From Nitrosopumilus sp. (GTDB taxonomy: Archaea; Thermoproteota; Nitrososphaeria; Nitrososphaerales; Nitrosopumilaceae): a stretch of DNA of 64,000 nucleotides. Below, in pieces: positions 19,578 to 30,027 of the stretch (its first letter is position 1; each line of letters opens with the position of its first letter). The notes below the pieces were generated by a model. It was not told the origin of the DNA and ran no database searches. It worked only from the letters and a program-made list of their open reading frames with translations. The stretch spans positions 1 to 64,000 of the forward strand of contig CBDBGZ010000005.1 of NCBI GenBank assembly GCA_965205425.1, read 5' to 3'. A program made the translations under genes and the position numbers.

Positions 19578-20183
19578 ATGGAACTTTTAGCTACAATAGG
19601 AATTAGTGTTGGAATTATTATAGGTGTCATTGCAATCTTCTTTCTGTTAATTTTTAGTATTCCACAACTGCCAAATGCAATTGACAGGATTGAAGACATG
19701 TATTATGAATCAGAATTTATTGGATTGCCTAAATCAGAGATGTTACAAAGATTTGAGAATCATACAGCTTATGTTACGTTTGTTGAAAAATATCCTGAAC
19801 CCTCAATTAATTTTGAATATCACAATGGTGAAAGTGGAAATATGGAACTTGATGTGATGAACTTTGAAAACTATAATGAACTAAGATTAAACATTTCTTA
19901 CAATCATCACAATGAATATTTCAGAATTCATGTAGTTTGCCATAACCAGTTAATTGATCAGCATATTGACTTTGATCATGAATTGGCAACTCAATATCTA
20001 ATTAACGCTAACTGTTTAGGAGATGGTCCAATTTCTGGCTCCTCACCTTTAGTAGATGAAAATGGAAATCCTGTACCAGTTCCAGAACCACAACATTATG
20101 AAATTCCTTCAAAAATGTGTGGACCTGATGCCAGATACCATGAAGGTGTTTGTCTAGTAAATAATGAAGTCATTTTAGATTAG
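19578..20183 (+). CDS. Membrane-anchored hypothetical protein
   Basis: N-terminal TM; C-terminal CGP...GVC motif. Confidence 0.7.
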   Translation: MELLATIGISVGIIIGVIAIFFLLIFSIPQLPNAIDRIEDMYYESEFIGLPKSEMLQRFENHTAYVTFVEKYPEPSINFEYHNGESGNMELDVMNFENYNELRLNISYNHHNEYFRIHVVCHNQLIDQHIDFDHELATQYLINANCLGDGPISGSSPLVDENGNPVPVPEPQHYEIPSKMCGPDARYHEGVCLVNNEVILD

Positions 20184-20185
20184 AG

Positions 20186-21148
20186 ATGCATGTCATCATT
20201 TTCTTTTTACTATCTGCCATTTTGGTCTTGCAATTACCGAATGCAATGACCGAACCCTTTCCTACACCATCAGCATCAATACAACAAAAACACGGTACTG
20301 AAATTTACGATGTAAGCTGTAAAAATCCTCAACATCAACTGACATTCTTTAAAGACGGTTCAAGGTCAATATGCACTACCTTTGATACTTGGGAGAAATT
20401 ATACGAGAGAGGTTGGGCTATGAAAAAACCAATGATTGATTTTGAACAAATCAATAATGATCCAAATGCTATTCGTGGTACATGCACAGAAGGAGGGCAT
20501 CTGATACAGGGTGGCTATAGACCTAGTATTGATTATGAGTTTCAACTAATTGAATACAGAATCATAAATGATGTTCAAGTAATGGAGTTTGAAAAAATTC
20601 CAATTGATATGGGTTCAGCTAGAGCCAATCCACATGGACATGCAATGTATGGTGATTGTATTAATGAAAACATAGATAATTTCTTAGATTGCAAGCTAGC
20701 CACACATTACAGAGATAAGAGTAACTTTCCTATTATTACTTGTTTGACAGTTGATGGTAAATTATTTTCAATTAATTGGGATGAGCAAATGAAAATTGCC
20801 AAAGCTCAAAGAGCAAAAGACATTATCTTATTTACATTCCAACATGAAGAAGAATTAGGTCTTCCAGTATATGATGAAGAAAAAAACAAAATTGCAATGC
20901 AAGCAAAACAACAGTTAAGAGACAAGCTTGCTGAACAGTCTGAAATTCATGGAAAAGAACACATCAGAGAGAAACTTCCTTGGGTAGGAATTGGATATGA
21001 TCCTTGGAGAAATGCCCTAAAAGTGGAAATCCATCATGAGAAATACAATGAAGATAATGCCCAAATCTATGCAGACTTGATTAGATGGTACACTGGTTAC
21101 TACTATGATTTGGTAGTTCGACCAGGAGACATGGCTGTCCCTACATGA
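20186..21148 (+). CDS. Exported hypothetical protein
   Basis: Signal peptide; C...KDGSRSIC...KLYERGW module. Confidence 0.7.
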   Translation: MHVIIFFLLSAILVLQLPNAMTEPFPTPSASIQQKHGTEIYDVSCKNPQHQLTFFKDGSRSICTTFDTWEKLYERGWAMKKPMIDFEQINNDPNAIRGTCTEGGHLIQGGYRPSIDYEFQLIEYRIINDVQVMEFEKIPIDMGSARANPHGHAMYGDCINENIDNFLDCKLATHYRDKSNFPIITCLTVDGKLFSINWDEQMKIAKAQRAKDIILFTFQHEEELGLPVYDEEKNKIAMQAKQQLRDKLAEQSEIHGKEHIREKLPWVGIGYDPWRNALKVEIHHEKYNEDNAQIYADLIRWYTGYYYDLVVRPGDMAVPT

Positions 21149-21301
21149 AAATTATAATCTCAATTGCTGCAATAACAATTTTCGTTACATTGATTTCAGC
21201 ATTACCTTTTTCAAAAAAATTATTAGCTTACAAAGTTTTTGAAGATTCTATAACAGAGAATCTAGTTTTTGTTTAAATAGGGTTTCAAAATTGGAAATGA
21301 T

Positions 21302-21976
21302 ATGTCAGAAGACAATGATCAATATTATTTTAATTTCTCATTTTTCAAAGTAGATCCAAAATGGAGATGGATGGCAGATTTAGCAAAAGAAGAATCTGCA
21401 AAAGAAGTGGAGAATGTAATTAATAATTCAGGAATAATGTTTAGATCATATTCAAATTTAGGGTTAAGAGATGATGCTGACTTTTTATTTTGGTTTGCAG
21501 CAAAATCAGTAGAAGAAATACAAAAAGTAATTGAAAAAATCTACAAAACAGTGTTTGGGAAATATATAATTCCATCAATGACATATTTGTCATGTACAAG
21601 ACCTTCTCTTTACGTTCAAGAACAAAAAGGTCATGGATTTGTAACTGGAAATGATCCAAAAAAACACGTCATAGTATACCCATTTACAAAAACAAGAGAA
21701 TGGTATCTACTACCTAAAGAAAAACGTCAAGAAATAATGGATGAACATATTGAGATTAGTAAAAAATACCCACAAGTAGTACTCAATACCACATACTCAT
21801 TTGGAATACATGATGAAGATTTCATGTTAGCATTTGAAGTAGATGATATCAGGGATTTTCAGGATTTAATCATGGAGTTGAGAGAATCACAAGTTTCAAC
21901 ATATGTCAAAAATGACATACCAATGATCGTATGTGTGAAAAAAGACATCGTCCCAATGATTTCTAGTTTAGGATAA
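21302..21976 (+). CDS. Chlorite dismutase/coproheme decarboxylase-like heme protein
   Basis: VYPFTKTREWYLL...IMDEH...YSFGIHDEDF. Confidence 0.9.
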   Translation: MSEDNDQYYFNFSFFKVDPKWRWMADLAKEESAKEVENVINNSGIMFRSYSNLGLRDDADFLFWFAAKSVEEIQKVIEKIYKTVFGKYIIPSMTYLSCTRPSLYVQEQKGHGFVTGNDPKKHVIVYPFTKTREWYLLPKEKRQEIMDEHIEISKKYPQVVLNTTYSFGIHDEDFMLAFEVDDIRDFQDLIMELRESQVSTYVKNDIPMIVCVKKDIVPMISSLG

Positions 21977-22061
21977 TCCTTCAAATTATTTAAAAATCAA
22001 ATATCATAGGTGCAAATCTTGGATAAACATAAATGATGAAATTTTAGATCAAAAAATAGTT

Positions 22062-23060
22062 TTGAAATACAATAAACTGGGAAAAACAGACATTGAAATC
22101 TCAGAGATAGGATTTGGAGCATGGGCAATTGCTCTTGATTGGTGGGGGAAAAAAATTGAAGAAGATGAAGCAAAACGAATGCTCAAAAAAGCATATGATG
22201 TAGGAATTAATTTCTTTGAAACAGGAGATTTGTACGGTAAGGGATTAAGTGAAAAACTAATCGGTGAAGTCTTCAAAGATATGAGAGATGAAATTGTTAT
22301 TTCCACAAAATACGGTTATGACTTTAGTGGAGTTGAACAAATAGGACACAAAGAGCTTCCACAAAGATTTGATGAAGATTATACTAGAATGGCATTAAGA
22401 AATAGTTTAGAAAGATTACAAACAGATCATGTAGACATGTATGGGGTACACAATCCAAAATTAAAAGATGTAAGGAATGATTCTATTTTCAATTTATTGG
22501 ATAGTTTTATCAAAGATGGCTCTATCAAAACATATCAAATTGCTTTAGGTCCTGCAATAGGATGGACTCAAGAGGGGATGGAAGCAATGGATAAACCAAA
22601 TCTTAGTGCAGTTCAAACAGTTTACAATATACTTGAGCAAACACCAGGAAACGAATTAATGAAAAAAGCTGAAGAGAAGGATGTAGGGATTTTAGTCAGA
22701 GTTCCAGAAGCATCAGGAATTTTAACAGGAAAAGTCAATGCAGATACAAAATTTGATGATAATGATCATAGATCAGTAAGAAAAAGAGAATGGCTCAAAG
22801 CATCATTAGAAAAAGTTGAGCAGTTCAAACCAATTGCAGATAGGAATGGATTAAGCATCACCGAATTTGCAATGAAGTATATGATGACAAAGAAGGGGTT
22901 TGCAACAGTACTTCCAACAATGATCAGTGAAGAAGAAATTGTAAATTATGCACAAATGTCAGATGGAAAATATATTTCCGATTCAGATATGAAAGAAGTA
23001 GAAGAATTATACAATACTTGGCCTTCATACGAATTAAAAGTAACACCTCAAGCAAATTAA
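22062..23060 (+). CDS. Aldo/keto reductase
   Basis: ISEIGFGAW, GINFFETGDLYG, SLERLQTD. Confidence 0.93.
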   Translation: MKYNKLGKTDIEISEIGFGAWAIALDWWGKKIEEDEAKRMLKKAYDVGINFFETGDLYGKGLSEKLIGEVFKDMRDEIVISTKYGYDFSGVEQIGHKELPQRFDEDYTRMALRNSLERLQTDHVDMYGVHNPKLKDVRNDSIFNLLDSFIKDGSIKTYQIALGPAIGWTQEGMEAMDKPNLSAVQTVYNILEQTPGNELMKKAEEKDVGILVRVPEASGILTGKVNADTKFDDNDHRSVRKREWLKASLEKVEQFKPIADRNGLSITEFAMKYMMTKKGFATVLPTMISEEEIVNYAQMSDGKYISDSDMKEVEELYNTWPSYELKVTPQAN

Positions 23061-23067
23061 TTTGTAA

Positions 23068-23406
23068 ATGAATGACCCAATAGATATAGAAAAAACTCTA
23101 GAAGTTATAGAAAGAATGAAGATTGCCAAGATAGGCAAATACAAAAAATGGGAATCCATGATTAAAAAAATTAAAAATTATCAAAAACTAAACCCTGAAG
23201 AATTAGAATATTATTCAAACATAACTAGAATCTATAAGGAATCAGGCGTCACATCTAGAAGCAAAGTATACCACACTAAACTCTCAGAACTAGATGAAAA
23301 ACCACCATGTAAAGAATGTGGGGATGATTCACAATACTATTGTAATATGAATGATCAATATTTTTGTACGATACATGTAGTCGGACATGATGAGAATGAA
23401 TTCTAA
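23068..23406 (+). CDS. Hypothetical protein with C-terminal Cys/His cluster
   Basis: CKEC...C...CTIH...H. Confidence 0.7.
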   Translation: MNDPIDIEKTLEVIERMKIAKIGKYKKWESMIKKIKNYQKLNPEELEYYSNITRIYKESGVTSRSKVYHTKLSELDEKPPCKECGDDSQYYCNMNDQYFCTIHVVGHDENEF

Positions 23407-24449
23407 GCAGGAACAGTTTCTTCTAAACTAAAAGAACTTTCTACAAAATATTCTACACGAGTTTTTTTGAATTCTCTAGTACTAAAGAGAATTTTGTATT
23501 CATCAACATTAATTTGATCTTGAATTGTTTTTGCCATTTCATTTGCTTCTTCATGAGTTTTACAGTGAATCATGGAAAATACATTGTAAGGCCAGTCAGC
23601 ATATGTTGGTCTCTCATAACAATGACTCACTTGAGGGAATGAGCCTAAAGTTTCTCCAACTTTAGAAATTCGATCTTCAGGTACTTTCCATACAATCATG
23701 CCATTTGCGGTAAATCCCACTTGTCTATGTCTCAAGATAGCTGCAAACCTTCGCATAACTCCAATATCTTCATAATGTTTCATTTTTGCAAATAGTTCAT
23801 CTTCAGTCATTCCAAGATTTTTTGCGGCATTTACAAAAGGTTCATCGATAATATCCATATCTTTTTGTAACTCACGGATGAAGTCTTTGTCTTCATCAGT
23901 AGGAACAAATTTCACATTTTTAATTTCTTTTTTCTCTTCAGTTGGAGCGACATCATGTTTCTTGTCATCTACCATGTCAAGTTTAACACCGATTTTGAAT
24001 AATTGTAAAGTTGGAAGCATTCTAACTGTTTTAATTCCTTTTAGAATATTGAATTTTTCAAGTTCTTCTTTCAAATCAGCACCAGGAGGAACGGCCAAAG
24101 TAAACCAAAGATTGAACTGATGATCTCGTTCATAGTTATGGCTTACACCAGGATGGCGATTGATTTGACTAGCAACATATTCTAATTTATCATCTTCAAT
24201 CTCCATAGCAACTAACGAACTAGTATAGCCAAGTTTTCTCGTATCAAAAATTGCACTTAGTTGTCTTAAAACGCCAATCTCTTTTAGTTCATTTAATCGC
24301 GCCTGGATATCTTCAGGAGTAGTGTCAAATTTTTTAGCAATAGCATCAAAAGGTCTAGTTACAAGTGGGAAAGTCCATTGAATCTCATTGAGAAGTTCTT
24401 TATCAGATTCATCCATAGAAGTCAACAAGTCAACAACTTGGTCATTCAA
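23403..24449 (-). CDS. ahbAB: Siroheme decarboxylase, fused AhbA-AhbB (Lrp/AsnC-like)
   Basis: Two Lrp-like repeats with VSHNYER and VSHCYER...YNVFSMIH; next to hem genes. Confidence 0.85.
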   Translation of the reverse strand: MNDQVVDLLTSMDESDKELLNEIQWTFPLVTRPFDAIAKKFDTTPEDIQARLNELKEIGVLRQLSAIFDTRKLGYTSSLVAMEIEDDKLEYVASQINRHPGVSHNYERDHQFNLWFTLAVPPGADLKEELEKFNILKGIKTVRMLPTLQLFKIGVKLDMVDDKKHDVAPTEEKKEIKNVKFVPTDEDKDFIRELQKDMDIIDEPFVNAAKNLGMTEDELFAKMKHYEDIGVMRRFAAILRHRQVGFTANGMIVWKVPEDRISKVGETLGSFPQVSHCYERPTYADWPYNVFSMIHCKTHEEANEMAKTIQDQINVDEYKILFSTREFKKTRVEYFVESSFSLEETVPA

Positions 24450-24519
24450 TTAAAAATGTAGCTCGAATTTTAGGCTCTGATTTTTAATACATAAATAGAA
24501 ACTGGAGTCCCTTTGATCG

Positions 24520-25173
24520 ATGATAGTTGATCTTAATCTTCAAGGGAAAAAAATAATCATCATCGGAGGAGGAAACGAGGCACAAAAAAGAATCAACCCA
24601 GTGTTAAAACAAGAATGTGACATCATAGTTCTTAGTGATTCAATTAATCCACAAATAAACAAACTAGTAAAAACAAAGAAAATTAAATTTGTGAAACAAA
24701 AAATTGCAGATACAAAATTTATTTCAAAATTAAAACCAGATTTAATAATTACAACAACGGATGACAAAAAAATTAATCAGAAAATTATCAAGGATGCAAA
24801 AAAGAAAAAGATTTTCGTTTACAGTTCAGACAATCCAGAGAATAGTGATTTCTCAAATCCTGCAATAATAGATTTTGAAAACATGATACAAATTGCAATT
24901 TTTACTGGTGGAAAAAGTCCAGCAATGTCAAAAAAACTTAAAAATAGATCAGAAAAATTATTCAAAAAAATAATCACCAAAGAGGATATCGCTCAAATTA
25001 AAATTCAAAAAATTGCAAGAAAAATTGCAAAAGAAACTATTTCCACTCAAGAGGGAAGAAGAAACTGTCTACATAATATCATGAATGATAATGAGATTGA
25101 TCAGTTAATAAAAGACGGCCAGGTGAAAAAAGCTGAAAAGCGAGCTATTACAATATTGAGGAATTGGAAATGA
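24520..25173 (+). CDS. sirC: Precorrin-2 dehydrogenase/sirohydrochlorin ferrochelatase family
   Basis: IIGGG, DNPENSDF, IFTGGKSPA. Confidence 0.85.
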   Translation: MIVDLNLQGKKIIIIGGGNEAQKRINPVLKQECDIIVLSDSINPQINKLVKTKKIKFVKQKIADTKFISKLKPDLIITTTDDKKINQKIIKDAKKKKIFVYSSDNPENSDFSNPAIIDFENMIQIAIFTGGKSPAMSKKLKNRSEKLFKKIITKEDIAQIKIQKIARKIAKETISTQEGRRNCLHNIMNDNEIDQLIKDGQVKKAEKRAITILRNWK

Positions 25174-26435
25174 ATCAAAATATCATCAATGCACGTGTTA
25201 CTTTTCGTAACTCTCCAATTCACATTTTAGAGCAATTTACCATTAAAGATATGGAAAATGCATATGATCAATTCAAAAAGAATTCAGGGTTAGATGAATG
25301 TGTAATTATTCAAACTTGTAACAGAATAGAACTATTTGGTAAATCAAAATCTTATGATTCAGATAAAATTAAAAAAACATGGGCAACAATTACAGGGCTA
25401 GAAGAAGAAGCATTTGATGAAAATATAGAATTTGTAGAAAATCAAGAAGCACTTCATCATTTATTGAAGCTCACATCAGGTCTAGATTCTATGGTATTGG
25501 GAGAAGAACAGATTCTAGGTCAAATTAAAAATTCGATCACATCTGCCAGAGAAGTAAAAGCATCAGGACAACATCTCAACACATTATTTGATAAAGCAAT
25601 TAGGATTGGAACCAGAATTAGGAATTCAAGTGGAATTGGTGCAGGTGGAATTTCAGTAGGATCAATGGCAGTAAAGCTTGCAGAAGAAAACATTGATGAA
25701 TTAAAAACAAAAAAAGTATTACTTATCGGTACAGGAGAAGTATCTACCCTAGTTGCAAAATCATTACAAAGGCGCGAATATGCATTTGATGTTACAAGTA
25801 GAACAATTGGAAGATCAGAAACATTTTGTGAAACAATGGGCGGAAATCCAGCTAAATTCGAAGATGTGTTTTCAGGATTTGATAATTATGATGTAATTTT
25901 TGTTGCAACAACTGCACCATATTTTCTAGTTACAAATGATAGAATAACAGAAGCTATGAAAAACAAAAGTAACGGGATGATGATTTTAGATTTATCAAAT
26001 CCTAGAACAGTTGACGAAAAAGTTGCTACTATCGGAGGAGTAAAGCTCATGAACCTGGATCAAATTGCAGAGATGGTTGAAAAGAACATGAATGCACGAT
26101 TAAACAAGGTAAAAACCGTTGAAAATATAATTAACGAGGAAGTTTCTGTATTAGAAGCCTCAATGAAAAGACTAGATGCAGAACCACTCGTAAAAGACGT
26201 ATTCAAAAACATAGAGAATCTCAGAGAAAAAGAATTACAAAAAGCACTACAAATGCTAGATGAAAAAGATGAAAAGAAAATCAAGATTATAGAGGAATTA
26301 ACAAAAGCAGTTGTAGAAAGTATTGTATCAACTCCAATGAATAACATCAGAAAAGCATCAGAACAAGGTAAACCAGACATGGTAGAGCTTGCCAGTAAAT
26401 TATTTGACTATAAAAAACAGAATCAAGTAGATTAG
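25164..26435 (+). CDS. hemA: Glutamyl-tRNA reductase
   Basis: TCNRIE, GLDSMVLGEEQILGQ. Confidence 0.97.
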   Translation: MEMNQNIINARVTFRNSPIHILEQFTIKDMENAYDQFKKNSGLDECVIIQTCNRIELFGKSKSYDSDKIKKTWATITGLEEEAFDENIEFVENQEALHHLLKLTSGLDSMVLGEEQILGQIKNSITSAREVKASGQHLNTLFDKAIRIGTRIRNSSGIGAGGISVGSMAVKLAEENIDELKTKKVLLIGTGEVSTLVAKSLQRREYAFDVTSRTIGRSETFCETMGGNPAKFEDVFSGFDNYDVIFVATTAPYFLVTNDRITEAMKNKSNGMMILDLSNPRTVDEKVATIGGVKLMNLDQIAEMVEKNMNARLNKVKTVENIINEEVSVLEASMKRLDAEPLVKDVFKNIENLREKELQKALQMLDEKDEKKIKIIEELTKAVVESIVSTPMNNIRKASEQGKPDMVELASKLFDYKKQNQVD

Positions 26436-26465
26436 GATTATATTTTAGCTAGAGAGAATTTCAAC

Positions 26466-27446
26466 ATGTCATTTCCAACTAGACGACTTCGTCGACTAAG
26501 AATATCAGATAAAATGAGAGAATTGGTTCAAGAAACAACTCTTTCTCCAAAAGATTTCATTTGCCCAGTATTCGTTCAAGAGGATTTGAAAGAAAGAGTA
26601 AAAGTAGAATCAATGTCGGAAATTGAGAGATTACCATTAAGTGATGTAAACGAAGAAGTTGGAAAAATTATTGATTTAGGAATTCCCGCAATCATGATTT
26701 TTGGCATTCCATCTCAAAAAGATGAAGCAGGGAGTTCAGCATTTGATGATAATGGAATTGTTCAAAAAGCAATTGCACAGATCAGGGAAAGATTTGGGGA
26801 TAAAATAGTAATCATGGCAGATGTTTGTCTATGTCAATTTACATCCACAGGACATTGTGGAATTATTCAAGGAGATAAAATAGATAACGATACTAGTCTA
26901 GACACTCTTGCAAAAATTGCAATTAGTCAAGCAAAAGTAGGAGTAGATACAGTATCACCATCAGCAATGATGGATGGTCAAGTTGCTGCAATTAGAAAAG
27001 CGCTAGACAAAGAAGGATTTACAGATGTTTCAATAATGTCACACTCTGCAAAACATCGTTCAAATTTTTACTCACCATTTAGGGATGCTACAGAATGTGC
27101 TCCAAAATTTGGGGACAGAAAAACCTACCAAGTTCCATACACAAATGCAAGAGAAGCAATGATGGAAGTTGAAACAGACATTGAAGAAGGAGTAGACATT
27201 GTTATGATAAAACCAGCTTTATCATATTTGGATTTGATTGCAGAAACTAGAAGAAAATACAATGTTCCAGTTTCAGCATACAGTGTTTCTGGAGAATATG
27301 CTTTGGTAAAGGCAGCATCACAATTAGGATATGTAAATGAAAAAGACATTACTTTAGAAATTCTACATTCAATTAAAAGAGCAGGTGCAGACATGATAGT
27401 TACATATTTTGCAAAATCAGCTGCTAAATTCCTTAAAGAATCATGA
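26466..27446 (+). CDS. hemB: Porphobilinogen synthase
   Basis: DVCLCQFTSTGHCG, PSAMMDG, VSGEY. Confidence 0.97.
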   Translation: MSFPTRRLRRLRISDKMRELVQETTLSPKDFICPVFVQEDLKERVKVESMSEIERLPLSDVNEEVGKIIDLGIPAIMIFGIPSQKDEAGSSAFDDNGIVQKAIAQIRERFGDKIVIMADVCLCQFTSTGHCGIIQGDKIDNDTSLDTLAKIAISQAKVGVDTVSPSAMMDGQVAAIRKALDKEGFTDVSIMSHSAKHRSNFYSPFRDATECAPKFGDRKTYQVPYTNAREAMMEVETDIEEGVDIVMIKPALSYLDLIAETRRKYNVPVSAYSVSGEYALVKAASQLGYVNEKDITLEILHSIKRAGADMIVTYFAKSAAKFLKES

Positions 27447-27754
27447 GAAATGATGAACGTTTTGAAATTCAGAGAGCTTTTGATTTATTGCCACATGTAG
27501 TTGGGGCTAGCTGGACTGCAGTTTGGTTTAGAATGAAAGGCATCAAAAAACCAACAAGAGAAGAATTTAGAGAAAAAACCATAGAGTATTTGCAATTAGT
27601 TGAGCCTGTCTTTGATTCCTACCCAAAAGAAGAAGAATTTACTGAAATTAACAAGTACATTGAATTTAGAAAAAAAGAAGAATATGAGAAAATAAAGGCT
27701 GGCGAGAATAACGAAATTGAAACAAGATATGACAGATATGTAGATTATGGTTAA
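27443..27754 (+). CDS. Hypothetical protein
   Basis: 103-aa ORF overlapping the hemB stop (ATGA). Confidence 0.75.
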   Translation: MRNDERFEIQRAFDLLPHVVGASWTAVWFRMKGIKKPTREEFREKTIEYLQLVEPVFDSYPKEEEFTEINKYIEFRKKEEYEKIKAGENNEIETRYDRYVDYG

Positions 27755-27870
27755 ATTATTGGAGTTTTAAAACACACATCCCCATAGATGCTAAGACAAT
27801 ATGAGAAAAGCAATACAAATGCCAAGATTACAGGAGGAGTAAAAATGAGAAAATATGTTCGTGTCCTCAT
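27751..27870 (-). CDS. Possible 39-aa single-TM microprotein
   Basis: Manual translation MRTRTYFLIFTPPVILAFVLLFSYCLSIYGDVCFKTPII; fills the gap after the HD gene. Confidence 0.45.
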   Translation of the reverse strand: MRTRTYFLIFTPPVILAFVLLFSYCLSIYGDVCFKTPII

Positions 27871-27899
27871 TGTTCTCAACTGATTAAAAATGCCCATAT

Positions 27900-28520
27900 T
27901 CATATCTCCTGTTTTAGTTGTTTTAGATAATCTTTGAGTATCTTTGTTCTTTTTTTGGCTTCCATCTTACCAGATTTTGTGTTCATCAAAGATTCCAATT
28001 TGAGTAATTTTTGATAAAAATGATCCACAGTCCAAGTTTTATCATCAGGTTTTCTTGTTTTACAAAATGGATCATCAAGGTTGTAAAATGGTCGTTTCAG
28101 TGAACCACCTGTAGCAAAAACTCTTGCAAGTCCTATTGCACCTATTGCATCTAATCTATCAGCATCCTGAAGAATTTTTCCCTCCAAAGTTGAAGGGATT
28201 TTATTTTGTGAAAAACTATGATCACGAATAGCATCGGAAATAACAATAATTTCTTCTTCTGAAAAATCATATTTCTTTAGAATTCGTTTAGATTTTTTTG
28301 CACTTTCTATTGAAGATTGTTTGGAACGTTTGTCAGATTTTGGATAAGAAACAATATCGTGTAATAATGCAGCACTAAGAACCAATTTTTCATTAGCTTT
28401 TTCTTTCCTGCACATTTTTTGAGCATTTTTGTATACTCTCATAATGTGCTCAAAATCATGTGCCGAATCATTATCCATGATTTCTTTAACTTCATTTTTT
28501 ATAGAATTAATAACTTTCAT
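27900..28520 (-). CDS. HD-domain phosphohydrolase
   Basis: AHDFEHIMRV, LLHD, QDADRLDAIGA. Confidence 0.92.
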   Translation of the reverse strand: MKVINSIKNEVKEIMDNDSAHDFEHIMRVYKNAQKMCRKEKANEKLVLSAALLHDIVSYPKSDKRSKQSSIESAKKSKRILKKYDFSEEEIIVISDAIRDHSFSQNKIPSTLEGKILQDADRLDAIGAIGLARVFATGGSLKRPFYNLDDPFCKTRKPDDKTWTVDHFYQKLLKLESLMNTKSGKMEAKKRTKILKDYLKQLKQEI

Positions 28521-29141
28521 TTAGAATCTCCATATTTTGGGTTTGACAAATTTTAATTTTCTTTTAGTGATTAAAAGAGTCCAATTAATTGATGCAAATA
28601 AAATGATCAGTCCAATTCCTGCACCATCAATTAATAAAATTCCAGTTAGACGATCCTCAAATAATTCTAAGAATGGAGTTAGTACAGCATTTCCAGAATA
28701 AATCATAACTATGTATGAGAGGGTCCTACCAAACCAAAATCCAACATAAATTCCCAGGCTTTTTGCTCGCATTAATCCATATGCAATAAACAACATGTTA
28801 CTTGGTAGAGGGGTCGCACCAAAAAGAAAAGATGCAATAACATAACCATATTTTTTATTATTCAGATAATCTCCAATCACATCAAGATTAGATTTTTGTT
28901 CTTCTGCAACAAATCTTCTAAAAAGTACACTAATTCGCTTAAGAGCAAATCTGCCAATAGTAGATCCTGTTGCACCCACCATAGCAAGAATAACTACATT
29001 CAGGGTAGGATCTAGAAGATAAAATGATGTTAGAATAATCCAGCTTGGAGGCATTAGGATTGGAGATGCATTTACTCCAATTAGTACAAGAAAAATTCCA
29101 AAATATGAAAATTCTCCAAAAATTTCAAAAATATCGAACAT
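28521..29141 (-). CDS. DedA/VTT-like membrane protein
   Basis: Multiple TMs; GATGSTIG, ATPLPS. Confidence 0.7.
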   Translation of the reverse strand: MFDIFEIFGEFSYFGIFLVLIGVNASPILMPPSWIILTSFYLLDPTLNVVILAMVGATGSTIGRFALKRISVLFRRFVAEEQKSNLDVIGDYLNNKKYGYVIASFLFGATPLPSNMLFIAYGLMRAKSLGIYVGFWFGRTLSYIVMIYSGNAVLTPFLELFEDRLTGILLIDGAGIGLIILFASINWTLLITKRKLKFVKPKIWRF

Positions 29142-29325
29142 CTTTCAAAAATTGTAGTACTTTTTTTGCTTCTAAACCCTTGGATTTATTTTTAGTCATG
29201 AAAAAATATCATTCTGATCTAAAAAATTATAAGAATTACATGTTTTTCAAAACAATGATCACGTATTGTAACAAATTGGATCAATCATGCAATATCCTTA
29301 TAAGCAATTTATGCATAGTGTAGTC

Positions 29326-29448
29326 ATGTCCGAGATGGTTTGGAAGTGTTTTAGATGCAATTTATCATTCAAGGACGACCAACTTGCTGAAATGCACAAA
29401 CAAATTTCAAAACATTCTGTTACTAAAGTAAAGACAATTGTAGCATAA
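29326..29448 (+). CDS. 40-aa C2H2 zinc-finger microprotein
   Basis: WKCFRCNLSFKDDQLAEMHKQISKH; TTATAA ~25 bp upstream. Confidence 0.75.
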   Translation: MSEMVWKCFRCNLSFKDDQLAEMHKQISKHSVTKVKTIVA

Positions 29449-29492
29449 TTACAAGAATTTTAACAAATTTTGCAATTTTAGATAAAATATAG

Positions 29493-29593
29493 TGCAGAGG
29501 GTGGGATTTGAACCCACGAACTCCTGAGAGAAGGGATTACCCATATTATGGATCTTGAGTCCCTCTCGGTTGACCGGGCTTCGATACCTCTGC
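29493..29593 (-). tRNA. tRNA-Leu(CAA) with 16-nt intron (29538-29553)
   Basis: GCAGAGG/CCTCTGC acceptor stem, AGGGA-CTCAAG^A-TCCCT anticodon arm, GTTCAAATCC, long variable arm. Confidence 0.93.
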
Positions 29594-29712
29594 ATTGAGA
29601 TTGTATATAGACCAATATTTCTCGATTACTATTTTACCAAATTAAAAACCTGATCTATCATTTTACTAATTTTTTGACAAAGCTTATAATCGTGCACAAT
29701 AGTTTCCAAAAC

Positions 29713-30027
29713 ATGTCAGAATTCATACCAATTTCCGACGCAAAAAAAATGCGAAGCGGAGTTAATGTTGAAGCTGTTGTTAAAAGCAAAGGAGACCCAA
29801 GAACTGTCAACCTCAAAAGTGGGGGAACAGTAGATGTCTGCGATGCAGTAATTTCTAACGGTGAAACTGAAGATGACCAAATGAAACTCACATTGTGGGG
29901 CGACGATATCAAAGAAGTAAATGTTGGAGATACAGTTGTCATTACAAATGGATATACCAATGAGTTCAAAGGTGAAGTATCCTTAACCAAAGGTAAATTT
30001 GGTAAGATGGATATTAATCCTCAATAA
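29713..30027 (+). CDS. ssb: Single OB-fold ssDNA-binding protein
   Basis: KLTLWGD...VGDTVVITNGYTNEFKG. Confidence 0.88.
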   Translation: MSEFIPISDAKKMRSGVNVEAVVKSKGDPRTVNLKSGGTVDVCDAVISNGETEDDQMKLTLWGDDIKEVNVGDTVVITNGYTNEFKGEVSLTKGKFGKMDINPQ

